A stretch of 64,000 nt of DNA from Chthoniobacteraceae bacterium (GCA_044221185.1 JBGAPP010000017.1:4018-68017); one strand, 5' to 3'. Shown: positions 1 to 8,399, counted from the stretch's first letter. Numbers and translations: made by a program. The notes: generated by a model not told the origin, from the letters alone.

Positions 1-1226
1 TCGCCCTCCTTGCCGTTGATGTTCTGGCTGTTCATCAGGTGCGAGCGCCACGGATTCGCCATCGCCCATTTCAGCAGCGGCACGCCGCCCGCCAGCGTGT
101 GCGCGATGGCGAGGTCGGTGCTCGCGGTGATTTGCAGCGGAACATTCACGCCCTCGATGGCGAGACTCATCACCGCTGGAAAGCGCCCGCCATTTTGCGC
201 CAGCCCGAGCGGCGTCCAGTAGGCATTAAAATCCGCAGCGTTGTCGCGAATGTTTTGCCCGATCCACGTCTCGCCGCGCGACGGCGCGAGCGCGAGTGCG
301 CGCAGTTGCGCACGGGCGAGGAAGGTCGCGCTGGCGTCGCTTGGCTTGCCGGGAAAGGAGTTCGCGTCCTGCGGATCCGTCGCCGCGTGGTATTCCTGGA
401 GGTTCGTGAAGCCGTCGCCGTCGTAGTCGAGCGCGGCGTCGGCGGCGTTGCGCGGATTCAGCGCGAGCGGGAAACGCGCCTCCCAGTCATCCGGCAGCCC
501 GTCGTCATCGCTGTCGCTGTCATCGGAAAAAGGCAGCGTCGCCTGCGCGTGGTTCGCGGATTCCTCGCTGTTCCAAAGCCCGTCGCCGTCGTCGTCGAGT
601 TCCATCGCAAAATCATCGAGGTCGTAGCCGGGGAACCACGCCGGCGGCGGCGGATACGCACTCGACGAGCGGTGGAGCTGCTCGCACTCGAACTCAATCG
701 TCGCCGCTGTGAGCGACGTGACCCATTGGAGTTTCGCCGTTCCGGTGACGAGCACCCAGCCATCCTGCACCGTTACGATGCGCTCGGCGAGGATGAGCGG
801 CGTCTGCGACACTGAGTTGTCGCGCCAGCGCAGGAAGCACCGCACGCTCGCCTCCTGCGCCGCCGCATCGAGGCGGAACCAAAAGCGCGTCGTGTAAATG
901 CGCGCGTTGCCATTCGCGATGAGCGCATTCCTCAGCGCGACTGTGTTGAAGCTGCCTTGTGCCGGGCCGTCCTGCACGTGGTCGCGCCCCGCCACGCGCA
1001 GGATTGTTGACCCCGTGCCGCCCGGAAACCGCGCACCGGGGACGGGCAGGACGGTGCAGTCGAGCGGCGTGTTCGTGCCGATGCTGGATGAGAGCGAGTC
1101 CTTTTCCGTCCAATTCGCAGTGGAAAGTGCAGACTCGAAATCGCCATTCGCCACCGGCCCGGCAACGGCAGTCGTGAGTGTGAGCGAGGCGACGATGCTG
1201 CGGATGAATGCGTGGTGCTTCTTCAT
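1..1226 (-). CDS. Secreted protein, 3' end outside window (signal peptide, NGDFE carbohydrate-binding-like N-domain, Asp-rich calcium-binding/TSP3-like repeats)
   Basis: Own translation of the minus strand from the ATG (cat at 1224-1226) gives MKKHHAFIRSIVASLTLTTAVAGPVANGDFES... and later ...FAMELDDDGDGLWNSEESANHAQATLPFSDDSDSDDDGLPDDWE. The stretches I translated (about 480-662 and 1141-1226) contain no stop, and the track lists no ORF in this frame, consistent with a frame open to position 1. The listed 39..815(+) ORF is its Arg-rich antisense shadow. Confidence 0.6.
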   Translation of the reverse strand, partial: MKKHHAFIRSIVASLTLTTAVAGPVANGDFESALSTANWTEKDSLSSSIGTNTPLDCTVLPVPGARFPGGTGSTILRVAGRDHVQDGPAQGSFNTVALRNALIANGNARIYTTRFWFRLDAAAQEASVRCFLRWRDNSVSQTPLILAERIVTVQDGWVLVTGTAKLQWVTSLTAATIEFECEQLHRSSSAYPPPPAWFPGYDLDDFAMELDDDGDGLWNSEESANHAQATLPFSDDSDSDDDGLPDDWEARFPLALNPRNAADAALDYDGDGFTNLQEYHAATDPQDANSFPGKPSDASATFLARAQLRALALAPSRGETWIGQNIRDNAADFNAYWTPLGLAQNGGRFPAVMSLAIEGVNVPLQITASTDLAIAHTLAGGVPLLKWAMANPWRSHLMNSQNINGKEG

Positions 1227-1313
1227 GCCGCGAAACTGCGCGTGTTTCGGAAATCCGCATATGCACCCGCAGGAGTATTGGCCCGGGTGTCCGAATCCCC
1301 TACGTTGCGGGCG

Positions 1314-2837
1314 ATGAACCTCGCTCACTGGCTCGCGCGCCCCTTCGCCGTGGCGTCGCTCACGCTGGCGCTCACGCTCGTGCCGGTCGCGCTTGCGGTG
1401 CGGCATTTCCAGCGCGCGGCGGCGGCCAGCGACGCGGCCATTTTTTCCGCCGCCAGCGCCACGGTGGAGGAAAAGCTGCGGCTGATGACGGTGCGCCACA
1501 CCTCGTGGCTGAACATCCTCCGCAATCGCCTGGGCACGGCCGCCGGGCGCACGGCGCGCGACCTCGACCGCGAACTGCCCGACTACATCTGGCGCAACAG
1601 CCCGCCGCACTGGCACAGCATCGCGCTCGTCGAGGGTGGACACATCGTCTGGATGCGCGGCCAGGAAATCCCGCCGCTCGCCGTGGGCGCGGAGATTTCG
1701 GCGGAGCCGAAAATCGCGGCGCTGCTCGCGGGCATGGCCGCCGCGCCTGCTTCCGAGCACCAGTTCCCGTGGAGCACTGCGCTGCCGGGGCGCCGGCTCT
1801 GCGTGGCGATGCAATTGCGCGGCGACACCTCGCTGCTCGGCTGGCTCGACCTCGCCGCGATGTGCGCCAGCCCGGAGGCGCAGCTCTCAGGAAAACCGGG
1901 CGCGTTGCTCGTCGCGCTGGCCGATGAAAAACGGCCGGACTCGCGAGTGGTGGAAATCGGCGAGAACCGGCTGACGTGGCAGGCCGCCATCGCGCGCGGT
2001 CCACGCTACGCGGAACTGCTCGCGCATCCCTCCGGCACCTACGCGCTCGCGGCGGGAGGCTTCACCGCACTGCTGCTCGCCACGCTCGCCGGCCTCGCGG
2101 CAAAGGCGCGGCTGGATTCGCAGCGGACGCTGGCACTGCGCGCCGCGCTCGATGCGGAGCGCGAGGTCGGGCGGCTCCGCGGCCAGTTCGTCAGCTCCGT
2201 GTCGCATGAGTTTCGCACGCCGCTCAGCGTCATCGTCTCCTCGGCGGATTTGCTGGAGAGCTACGGCCCGCAGCTCGACGCCGCGCGCAGCAGCGAGGCC
2301 GTCGCGCAGATTCAAGACTCCGCAGCGCGGCTCGCTGAAATGGTGGACGAAATCCTCCTGCTCAGCCGCCTCGAATCCGGCCGCGTGCAGCCGCGCGCCG
2401 ATGACGTGGACCTTTCCCAGCTCTGCCACGTCGTCGCCCGCGAAGTCGCCACCGCCACACGCGACCGCTGCCCGATTTCCGTCGAGGCGAGCGGCAGCGC
2501 CCGCAGCGACGCCACGCTCCTGCGCAGCATCCTCGCAAACCTCCTCGGCAATGCCGTGAAATACAGCCCCGCCGGCTCGCCCATCCGCCTCGCCGCCGAG
2601 CAGCGCGGCGGCGCGACCGTTTTCACCGTGAGCGACAGAGGCATCGGCATCCCCGCCCCCGACCTCGCGCGAGTCGGCGAGGCTTTTCACCGCGCCGCGA
2701 ATGTCGGCGACACACCCGGCACCGGCCTCGGCCTCGCCATCGTGCGACGCAGCGCCGCATTGCTCGGCGGCACCTTCAGCATCGAGAGCGAGGAAGGCCG
2801 CGGCACCACCGCCACACTCACCCTGCCTGCGGCATGA
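1314..2837 (+). CDS. Membrane sensor histidine kinase (HisKA + HATPase_c)
   Basis: ORF 1212..2837. H-box SHEFRTPLSVI; ATP-lid motifs LLGNAVKYS, DRGIGIP, GTGLGLAIVRR. I prefer the ATG at 1314 (MNLAHWLARPF..., hydrophobic N-terminus) because the GTG at 1212 overlaps the divergent upstream gene. Confidence 0.9.
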   Translation: MNLAHWLARPFAVASLTLALTLVPVALAVRHFQRAAAASDAAIFSAASATVEEKLRLMTVRHTSWLNILRNRLGTAAGRTARDLDRELPDYIWRNSPPHWHSIALVEGGHIVWMRGQEIPPLAVGAEISAEPKIAALLAGMAAAPASEHQFPWSTALPGRRLCVAMQLRGDTSLLGWLDLAAMCASPEAQLSGKPGALLVALADEKRPDSRVVEIGENRLTWQAAIARGPRYAELLAHPSGTYALAAGGFTALLLATLAGLAAKARLDSQRTLALRAALDAEREVGRLRGQFVSSVSHEFRTPLSVIVSSADLLESYGPQLDAARSSEAVAQIQDSAARLAEMVDEILLLSRLESGRVQPRADDVDLSQLCHVVAREVATATRDRCPISVEASGSARSDATLLRSILANLLGNAVKYSPAGSPIRLAAEQRGGATVFTVSDRGIGIPAPDLARVGEAFHRAANVGDTPGTGLGLAIVRRSAALLGGTFSIESEEGRGTTATLTLPAA

Positions 2838-3448
2838 CCACCATCCTGCTCATCGAAGACCACGCGCCGCTGCGGCGAAACCTCAGCGACATCCTCGCGC
2901 TCGAAGGCCACCGCGTGCTCGAAGCCGCCACCGGTCCCGACGGCCTGCGCGCCGCGCGCGAGCAGCGCCCCGACCTCGTCCTCTGCGACATCATGCTCCC
3001 CGGTTGCGACGGCATGGAAATCCTCGCCGCCCTCCGCGGCGACGCCGCCACCAGCGCGCTTCCGTTCATCTTCCTCACGGCAAAGGGCGAGCCGCACGAC
3101 ATCCGCGCCGGCATGAACCTCGGCGCCGACGACTACCTCCCGAAGCCCGTCGTCCGCCGCGACCTGCTCGCCAGCATCCGCGCCCGCCTCGCCCGTGCCA
3201 GCAGCCAGCGCCCGCGCCTGCCGGATTTCAGCAGCCCCGCCCCGCTGGAAAAACTCGGCATCTCCCCGCGCGAAGCCGAGGTGCTCCTGTGGATGGCGCA
3301 GGGCAAAGCCAACCACGAAATCGCCACCATCCTCGGCTGCACCCATGCGACGGTGAAGAAGCACACCATCCACATTTTTGAAAAACTCAGCGTCGAGTCC
3401 CGCGGTGCCGCCATGCTCACCGCCATCGAGACGCTGGCCGTGGCGTGA
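2834..3448 (+). CDS. Response regulator, REC + LuxR/FixJ-type HTH (NarL family)
   Basis: MTTILLIEDH...DLVLCDIMLPGCDG...DDYLPKP receiver domain; C-terminal SPREAEVLLWMAQGKANHEIATILGCTHATVKKHTIHIFEKL. ATGA start/stop overlap with the kinase gene. Confidence 0.9.
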   Translation: MTTILLIEDHAPLRRNLSDILALEGHRVLEAATGPDGLRAAREQRPDLVLCDIMLPGCDGMEILAALRGDAATSALPFIFLTAKGEPHDIRAGMNLGADDYLPKPVVRRDLLASIRARLARASSQRPRLPDFSSPAPLEKLGISPREAEVLLWMAQGKANHEIATILGCTHATVKKHTIHIFEKLSVESRGAAMLTAIETLAVA

Positions 3449-3582
3449 TCGGTCTCATCGTCGCCGACATTCCCATCGGCGAATCCTGCCATTACCCGGA
3501 CCGCAGCAAATGGTGCGTGCCCATCCCCGGGCGCCGGCTCATCCGCTCCGATGCGCTGGACTACTACGACGGGGAGGAGTGA
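3445..3582 (+). CDS. Possible 45-aa Cys-containing small protein coupled to the LuxR-type regulator
   Basis: Own translation from the GTG at 3445 (GTGA overlap with the regulator stop): (M)IGLIVADIPIGESCHYPDRSKWCVPIPGRRLIRSDALDYYDGEE*. About 89% G/C at third codon positions, which looks coding. Below the size cutoff of the ORF track. Confidence 0.4.
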   Translation: MIGLIVADIPIGESCHYPDRSKWCVPIPGRRLIRSDALDYYDGEE

Positions 3583-3585
3583 GGG

Positions 3586-4476
3586 CTAGTGCTTCTTCTC
3601 CACCGGCACGAGCGGGACGCTGTGATCCGGGAGGCTCGAATCGAGAAAGCCGAGGGCGTGCGGGAGCTTGAGGACGCGGACGCCGGCGCGCTTCTGCTCC
3701 TCGGCGAACTGCTCGTGGAGGTCGCGCATTTTCGTCCAGTGCCACTTGGGGCGGAAGTGGTGCTCGGCGTGGTAGCCGTTGTTGAACCAGAGGAGGTTGT
3801 AGAGGCGGTTGTAGCTGCTGACGCCCCAGGCGATGGGCACGTCGGGGTTGCCGCCGTAGTGGCGGTAGTAGCCGTTCAGGTAGGAGAGGCAGTGGCCGAA
3901 ATACCAGAAGGGGAGGTAGAAGAAGACCATGAAGCGCCAGTTCCACCAGAAGGCGAAGGCGAGGAGCGCGACGAAGGAGATGATTTCAAAGAGGCCGAAG
4001 CGCGCGTCGGCGGGGTTCTTCCGCTTCAGCTCGCCGTAGATCATCTTCGGGTCGTCGCGGAAGAAGCTGAGGAAGGTGTAGCGCCAGACGTTCTCCGCGT
4101 CGTCGTCGTGGCCGTGGCGGTAGATGGAGAGCCAGTCGATGGTGTCGCCCTTCTCGTCCCTGCGGTCGCTGTTGCCCTTGTGGTGCTGCTGGTGAACGCA
4201 TTCGTAGAACTGCTGCGAGAAGCCGATGGTGATGGACTCGAGCCAGCTGAATGCGCGGTTCAGCGCGTGGGAGGTGAAGTAGGGGTTGTGGAGGAAGTTG
4301 TGGGAGATGCCGTTGATGTTCCAGGAGATGCTGATGGAGAAGAGCAGCCCGCACGCGACGATGGCCCACCACGGGAGCCACGGGAAGAAGACGAACACGG
4401 CGGCGAGGCACGCGAAGTGGAAAAGACCGGCGAGCACGGGGACGATGTCGGCCTTCGAGTGGGCGAAAATTTTCAC
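3586..4476 (-). CDS. Membrane fatty-acid desaturase family protein (three His boxes)
   Basis: C-terminal 296 aa of ORF 3586..5019. His boxes HNFLH, HQQHH, HAEHH with hydrophobic segments between them. I chose the GTG at 4476 (VKIFAHSK...) because the longer N-terminal extension is Arg/Pro-rich junk that overlaps two better genes. Confidence 0.85.
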   Translation of the reverse strand: MKIFAHSKADIVPVLAGLFHFACLAAVFVFFPWLPWWAIVACGLLFSISISWNINGISHNFLHNPYFTSHALNRAFSWLESITIGFSQQFYECVHQQHHKGNSDRRDEKGDTIDWLSIYRHGHDDDAENVWRYTFLSFFRDDPKMIYGELKRKNPADARFGLFEIISFVALLAFAFWWNWRFMVFFYLPFWYFGHCLSYLNGYYRHYGGNPDVPIAWGVSSYNRLYNLLWFNNGYHAEHHFRPKWHWTKMRDLHEQFAEEQKRAGVRVLKLPHALGFLDSSLPDHSVPLVPVEKKH

Positions 4477-4577
4477 GGCGCGGAGACTACGCGGCGAAGG
4501 ACGCGCTTCAAGCGGCGATGACTGGCGCAAAAGCGAACCACGGACACCGCGGCGATGCGCAGTGTCCGCGGGCGATG

Positions 4578-4787
4578 CTAGAAACGCAGCGTGAACTGCG
4601 TCGCGATCACGCTGCTCCCGCGGCGCGATCCCGTCGTCTCCTGCTCGAAGCTGTATTGCACTTTGAGCTGCGTGTGCGCGGTGAAGCGGTAGCCGAGCGC
4701 GGCGTCGATGCGCCATGCGTCGTTGCTCCAGCGCGAGGTGCCGCCGGCGACGACGAGGGCGACGAGGAGATTGCGTGCTTGGATCAT
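4578..4787 (-). CDS. Small (69 aa) protein with an outer-membrane beta-strand-like C-terminus ending in Phe
   Basis: MIQARNLLVALVVAGG...LGYRFTAHTQLKVQYSF...VIATQFTLRF. Alternating hydrophobic pattern and terminal F as in outer-membrane barrel C-termini. ATGA overlap with the upstream regulator stop (tcat at 4784-4787). High GC3. Confidence 0.4.
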   Translation of the reverse strand: MIQARNLLVALVVAGGTSRWSNDAWRIDAALGYRFTAHTQLKVQYSFEQETTGSRRGSSVIATQFTLRF

Positions 4788-5497
4788 GGAGTTGCGCCGT
4801 TGGATTTCGCCGCCGACGCGGTGCCCGGGGAGCGGATCGAGTAGCCGATGGAGCGCTCGGTGTGCACGAGCGGCTCCGCAAATGCGGCGTCCACCTTCTT
4901 GCGCAGGCGGCCGATGACGATGTCCACGGTGCGCATGTCATACTCGTGTTCGCGCTGCCAGACGAGTTCGCAGATCTCCGTGCGGGAAAATGCGCGCCCC
5001 GGCTCCTGCATGAGCACATGGAGCACGTCGAATTCCCGGGGAGAAAGCGGGATCGTCTCGCCCCCGCGGGTCACGCGCCGGTTTTTCACGTCCATCCGCA
5101 GATCGGCGACCTCGAGCCGGTCCGCCGCGGTCGGAGTGGACCCGCGCCGGCCGAGCGCCTCCACGCGCGCAAGCAGCTCGTCCATCGAGAACGGCTTCGT
5201 GAGATAGTCGTCGGCGCCGGCCTTCAGCCCCTGGACGCGGCTGGCGACATCGCCGCGGGCGGTGAGGATCAGCACGCGCGAGGCGCAGCGGTTCTCCTTC
5301 AGCCTCGCGAGCACTTCGAGGCCGTTCATCCCGGGCAGGTTCAAATCGAGCACGATGAGGTCGGGCACCTGATCGAGCGCCACCCGGAGGCCCTCGGCGC
5401 CGTCGTGCACCGCCTTCGCCTCATTGCCCGCGCGGTAAAGCGCACTCGTAACGTGTCGGGCAAGCTGCAGTTCGTCTTCGACAACAAGGACTCGCAT
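4784..5497 (-). CDS. Response regulator, OmpR/PhoB family (REC + winged-helix Trans_reg_C)
   Basis: MRVLVVEDELQLA...DLIVLDLNLPGMNG...LTARGDV...GADDYLTKPF, then an output domain ...LSPREFDVLHVLM...VDIVIGRLRKKV...HTERSIGYSI. Confidence 0.9.
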   Translation of the reverse strand: MRVLVVEDELQLARHVTSALYRAGNEAKAVHDGAEGLRVALDQVPDLIVLDLNLPGMNGLEVLARLKENRCASRVLILTARGDVASRVQGLKAGADDYLTKPFSMDELLARVEALGRRGSTPTAADRLEVADLRMDVKNRRVTRGGETIPLSPREFDVLHVLMQEPGRAFSRTEICELVWQREHEYDMRTVDIVIGRLRKKVDAAFAEPLVHTERSIGYSIRSPGTASAAKSNGATP

Positions 5498-6054
5498 GAG
5501 GGGTGGCTGGCAGTTAATGATCCGCTCCGGATTTCACGAGCGCCGCTTGAGCGCGCAGGCCCGCATCGGGCAGGGTTTTTGGATGAGAACCGGGCATTGA
5601 CCGCATCTCACCGCAGTAAAATGCAACGTGCGACATGATGCGAATCCATGAATTGTATCAAGGCTGATACAATCCCCGGATCACGCAAAAAGCCCTGGCG
5701 CGGCGGCGTTCGCTCGGGCCGAAGAGAACAACCAACGCATTCCCCGACCAGCCGCGAATTGGCCGGCGCGGCGTCTGCCGATCATTGGAAAGGCACCGAT
5801 TCAGCGGAGGGCCGGCCTGCTTCACCGGCGAAGCAGGCACCCCTCCCCACCCGAAACCCACAGTTTGGCGACCCGGTCGGACCCTGCCCCACCGGTTCCC
5901 CCCGGACCGATGTGGCTTAACCCTTTTACCGGCCGGGCCGCCTCCCTGTGATTTTGTTTCGGGTGTCCGCTTTCACGGACACGCGCCCATTTAGCATCCG
6001 ATATGCCAGCGTCGGCGCGCCGCACTTCCAACAGGGGAAACTTTCCTTCATGTC

Positions 6055-6074
6055 CAAAATCGCGCGGGATTTTG
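6055..6074. promoter_or_regulatory. Operator-like AT-rich palindrome CAAAATC-N6-GATTTTG (copy A)
   Basis: caaaatcgcgcgggattttg, about 230 nt upstream of the GalT-like gene. Same 20-mer architecture as the copies at 7975 and 9798. Confidence 0.35.
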
Positions 6075-6304
6075 GGTGAAAACCGCTGCGCGTTTTTTTC
6101 CACCGAGGAAAAAACGAGACGCCGTAAAAGCCGGGGAACCGCGTCCGCGGGCGGGATTTCCATCCGCGCAGCCGCTGCCCGGGAATCAATGGGATCGGCG
6201 CACGCCGGGATGCGTAGTTTCCCACACCCGAACCCACACTCGACGCTTCACTTCGCGCACGCGCCCTGCTTTCACTCAGGGCAACGCCACCGCGCCAGCC
6301 ACAC

Positions 6305-7309
6305 ATGGACAAAACCGACCTTCGCCTCGACCCGCTCACACGCGAATGGACCATTTTCAACGAAAGCCGCGCGCTGCCGCCGGTGAACGGCTCGGTGCGC
6401 GACGAGAAGCTCGGGGAGAGCCCGTTCCGCGCGGGGCTGGAGCATTTCGCGGCGCACGCGCTGCACCACTCCGCCGGCGAGTCGGGCTGGCAGGTGCGCG
6501 TGGTGCCAAACCGCCTGCCAGTCCTCCGCGTGGAGGGCGACAGCCGCGCGCAGATGGACGGCATCTACGAGCACCTCGACGCGGTGGGCGCGAACGAGAT
6601 CGTGATCGAGGATCCCGGCACCCGCAGCCTCGAGGATCTGCCGTCCGGCGCGATCGCGCAGGTGATCCGCGCGTGGGCTGTCCGCATCGAGGATCTCATG
6701 CGCGACATGCGGCTGCGCGCCTTCACGGTGGTGAAAAGCGTGGGCCGCGTCGCGGGACAGACCATCGCCCACAGCCTCAGCCAGGTCATCGCCATGGCCG
6801 TGGTGCCGCCCGCGCTGCGCCGCAAGCTGCGGCACGCCCACGAGCACTTCGCGCTTCGCAAGCGCTCGCTCTTCGCCGACGTGATCGAGCACGAGCGCCG
6901 CAACGCGACGCGCGTGGTGCATGAGAATGCGGACTTCTTCGTCTTCTGCCCCTACGCCTCGCGCGCGCCGTTCGAGCTGGCCATCTGGCCAAAGCGCGAC
7001 GGGCCCGACTTCCACCGCATCACCCATGAGGAGGCCGGCCACCTCGCGCAGGCGCTCGGCCTCGCGCTGCGGAAGCTGAACCGCGCCATCAACCATCCGC
7101 CCTACCACCTCTCGCTCACCACAGCGCCGTCGCGCGTCCATCCCACCGAGGACTTGGAGACGCTCGACCACGACTTCCGCTGGCACATCACCGTCTCGCC
7201 CGTCCTGCGCCCGACCGACGCGCTCGCCGCCGCCACCGGCTGCCACGTGAACGGCATCTGGCCCGAGGTCGCCGCCGACTACCTCCGCTCCCTGCCCGAG
7301 GCGCCATGA
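6305..7309 (+). CDS. Galactose-1-phosphate uridylyltransferase-like HIT-superfamily protein with a degenerate active-site motif
   Basis: GalT-like blocks: LDPLTREWTIF, VRVVPNRLPVL, GANEIVIEDP, FVFCPYASRAPFELAIWPK. The expected HxHxQ is AHSLSQ, and the CxxC zinc motif position reads SPFRAG. Confidence 0.65.
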   Translation: MDKTDLRLDPLTREWTIFNESRALPPVNGSVRDEKLGESPFRAGLEHFAAHALHHSAGESGWQVRVVPNRLPVLRVEGDSRAQMDGIYEHLDAVGANEIVIEDPGTRSLEDLPSGAIAQVIRAWAVRIEDLMRDMRLRAFTVVKSVGRVAGQTIAHSLSQVIAMAVVPPALRRKLRHAHEHFALRKRSLFADVIEHERRNATRVVHENADFFVFCPYASRAPFELAIWPKRDGPDFHRITHEEAGHLAQALGLALRKLNRAINHPPYHLSLTTAPSRVHPTEDLETLDHDFRWHITVSPVLRPTDALAAATGCHVNGIWPEVAADYLRSLPEAP

Positions 7310-7462
7310 GGCGGTCGAAGGACGACGGTCGAAGGACGAAGGCCAGCACGGCCTGCGGAGCGAGGCACAGCACCCGGACGCAGCTTCCTGCCTTCGACCT
7401 TCGCCCTTCGTCCTTCGACCTTCTGCCCTGGGCCTTCGACCTTCGACCCTCGTCCTTCGTCC
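7310..7462. repeat. Intergenic cluster of GTCGAAGG / CCTTCGAC 8-mers forming a long imperfect inverted repeat
   Basis: ggtcgaaggacga at 7313 and 7327. Its reverse complement tcgtccttcgacc is at 7408-7420. Further ccttcgac copies are at 7391, 7433 and 7440. A small central ggcc-agcac-ggcc hairpin is also present. Confidence 0.7.
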
Positions 7463-7466
7463 ATCC

Positions 7467-7739
7467 ATGACCGGCCGGCACGTCTTCTTCGAGGGCCGCG
7501 TGCAGGGCGTCGGCTTCCGCTGGACGGTGAAAAACCTCGCCCGCGGCTACGACGTCACCGGCTGGGTGAAGAACCTCCCCGACGGCCGCGTCGAACTCCA
7601 GGCCGCCGGCGATGCCGATGAAGTGGACGCCTTCCTCGAAGCCATCGAGGAGAGCGACCTCAAGGCGCACATCAGGAAGGTGGACGTCCACGTGATCGCC
7701 CCGCCCGCCGGCCTCCGCGGTTTTGAAATCGCGCAGTAA
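7467..7739 (+). CDS. acyP: Acylphosphatase
   Basis: 90 aa; FEGRVQGVGFRWTV...GWVKNLPDGRVEL matches the acylphosphatase signature. Confidence 0.85.
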   Translation: MTGRHVFFEGRVQGVGFRWTVKNLARGYDVTGWVKNLPDGRVELQAAGDADEVDAFLEAIEESDLKAHIRKVDVHVIAPPAGLRGFEIAQ

Positions 7740-7974
7740 AGGCGGCACCCCGTCCCGCCTCGCCTCTCGCACCCGCACCTCCGTTTCCCGAATCGTTCCC
7801 GGCCCTCAGCAGCTTCCATCCGGTCTCCGGCCACGGAGGATTCTCCCCACCGCCGACCACATCATCGTCGGCAGCAAACGGCATAAATCCACTCGAGAGG
7901 CGGGGAAACTCTAAACCCGCAATGAGCCCGACTGGCGCACGCTGGCAGGGGTCTTTTCGTCTTAACTTATTCAG

Positions 7975-8037
7975 CAAATGCGCGAGGGATTTTGACGGCG
8001 GTGGTGTGTGAACAAATGCGGGTGAAATCAAAACCGC
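7975..8037 (+). promoter_or_regulatory. Shared promoter/operator-like element (copy B) upstream of the small-Cys-protein / sensor / sigma operon
   Basis: caaatgcgcgagggattttgacggcggtggtgtgtgaacaaatgcgggtgaaatcaaaaccgc. It aligns over about 45 nt with copy C at 9798. Confidence 0.4.
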
Positions 8038-8071
8038 CCGCTCAACAAAAACAACAAACCAAAAAACAAGT

Positions 8072-8350
8072 ATGAAAACTCTCCTGAAACTCACACTCGC
8101 AATCAGTGCCATCGCAATGCTCGGTTCGGGCAGTCTCCGCGCTGACTCGTCTGAAGTCTTTCGGATGTCGAATCAAGCTGCTGCTGCCGCCTTTGCAAAA
8201 GGAAAGGTGCTCCCCGCGCCAGTGCGTGACGTGAAGTGCGACACGATGACCATCCAAGGCGGAGGCCGCAACGGATGGGTGACTGTCCCGTGCAAACACT
8301 ATGCAAGCGTCCGCCCGGACGATTGCCGCCGTGCCTGCGCCAACAAGTAA
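8072..8350 (+). CDS. Small secreted 4-Cys protein (92 aa)
   Basis: Signal peptide MKTLLKLTLAISAIAMLGSGSLRA. Mature part contains VKCDTM...VPCKHY...DDCRRAC. C/A-rich G-poor leader. Confidence 0.6.
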   Translation: MKTLLKLTLAISAIAMLGSGSLRADSSEVFRMSNQAAAAAFAKGKVLPAPVRDVKCDTMTIQGGGRNGWVTVPCKHYASVRPDDCRRACANK

Positions 8351-8366
8351 CACCGCAAACCAAATC

Positions 8367-8399
8367 AGCCGGGCGGGATACTCGACTTCCCGCCCGGCT
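8367..8399 (+). terminator. GC-rich 12-bp hairpin between the small Cys-protein gene and the next gene (attenuator or partial terminator; no T-tract)
   Basis: agccgggcggga (8367-8378), a 9-nt loop, then tcccgcccggct (8388-8399). The stem is perfect. Confidence 0.35.

Noticed and set aside
39-815. 258-aa plus-strand ORF at the window start
   Set aside because: It is the Arg-rich antisense of the better-supported minus-strand secreted protein (signal peptide plus Asp-rich repeats).
4477-5019. N-terminal extension of ORF 3586..5019
   Set aside because: It overlaps the OmpR-type regulator and the 69-aa ORF, and its composition is Arg/Pro/Ser-rich. The desaturase domain begins at the GTG at 4476.
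5498-6304. Riboswitch or housekeeping ncRNA in the 0.8-kb gap
   Set aside because: I could not find the conserved cores of RNase P, tmRNA, SRP, 6S, TPP, cobalamin or glycine elements by eye. This needs a covariance-model scan.
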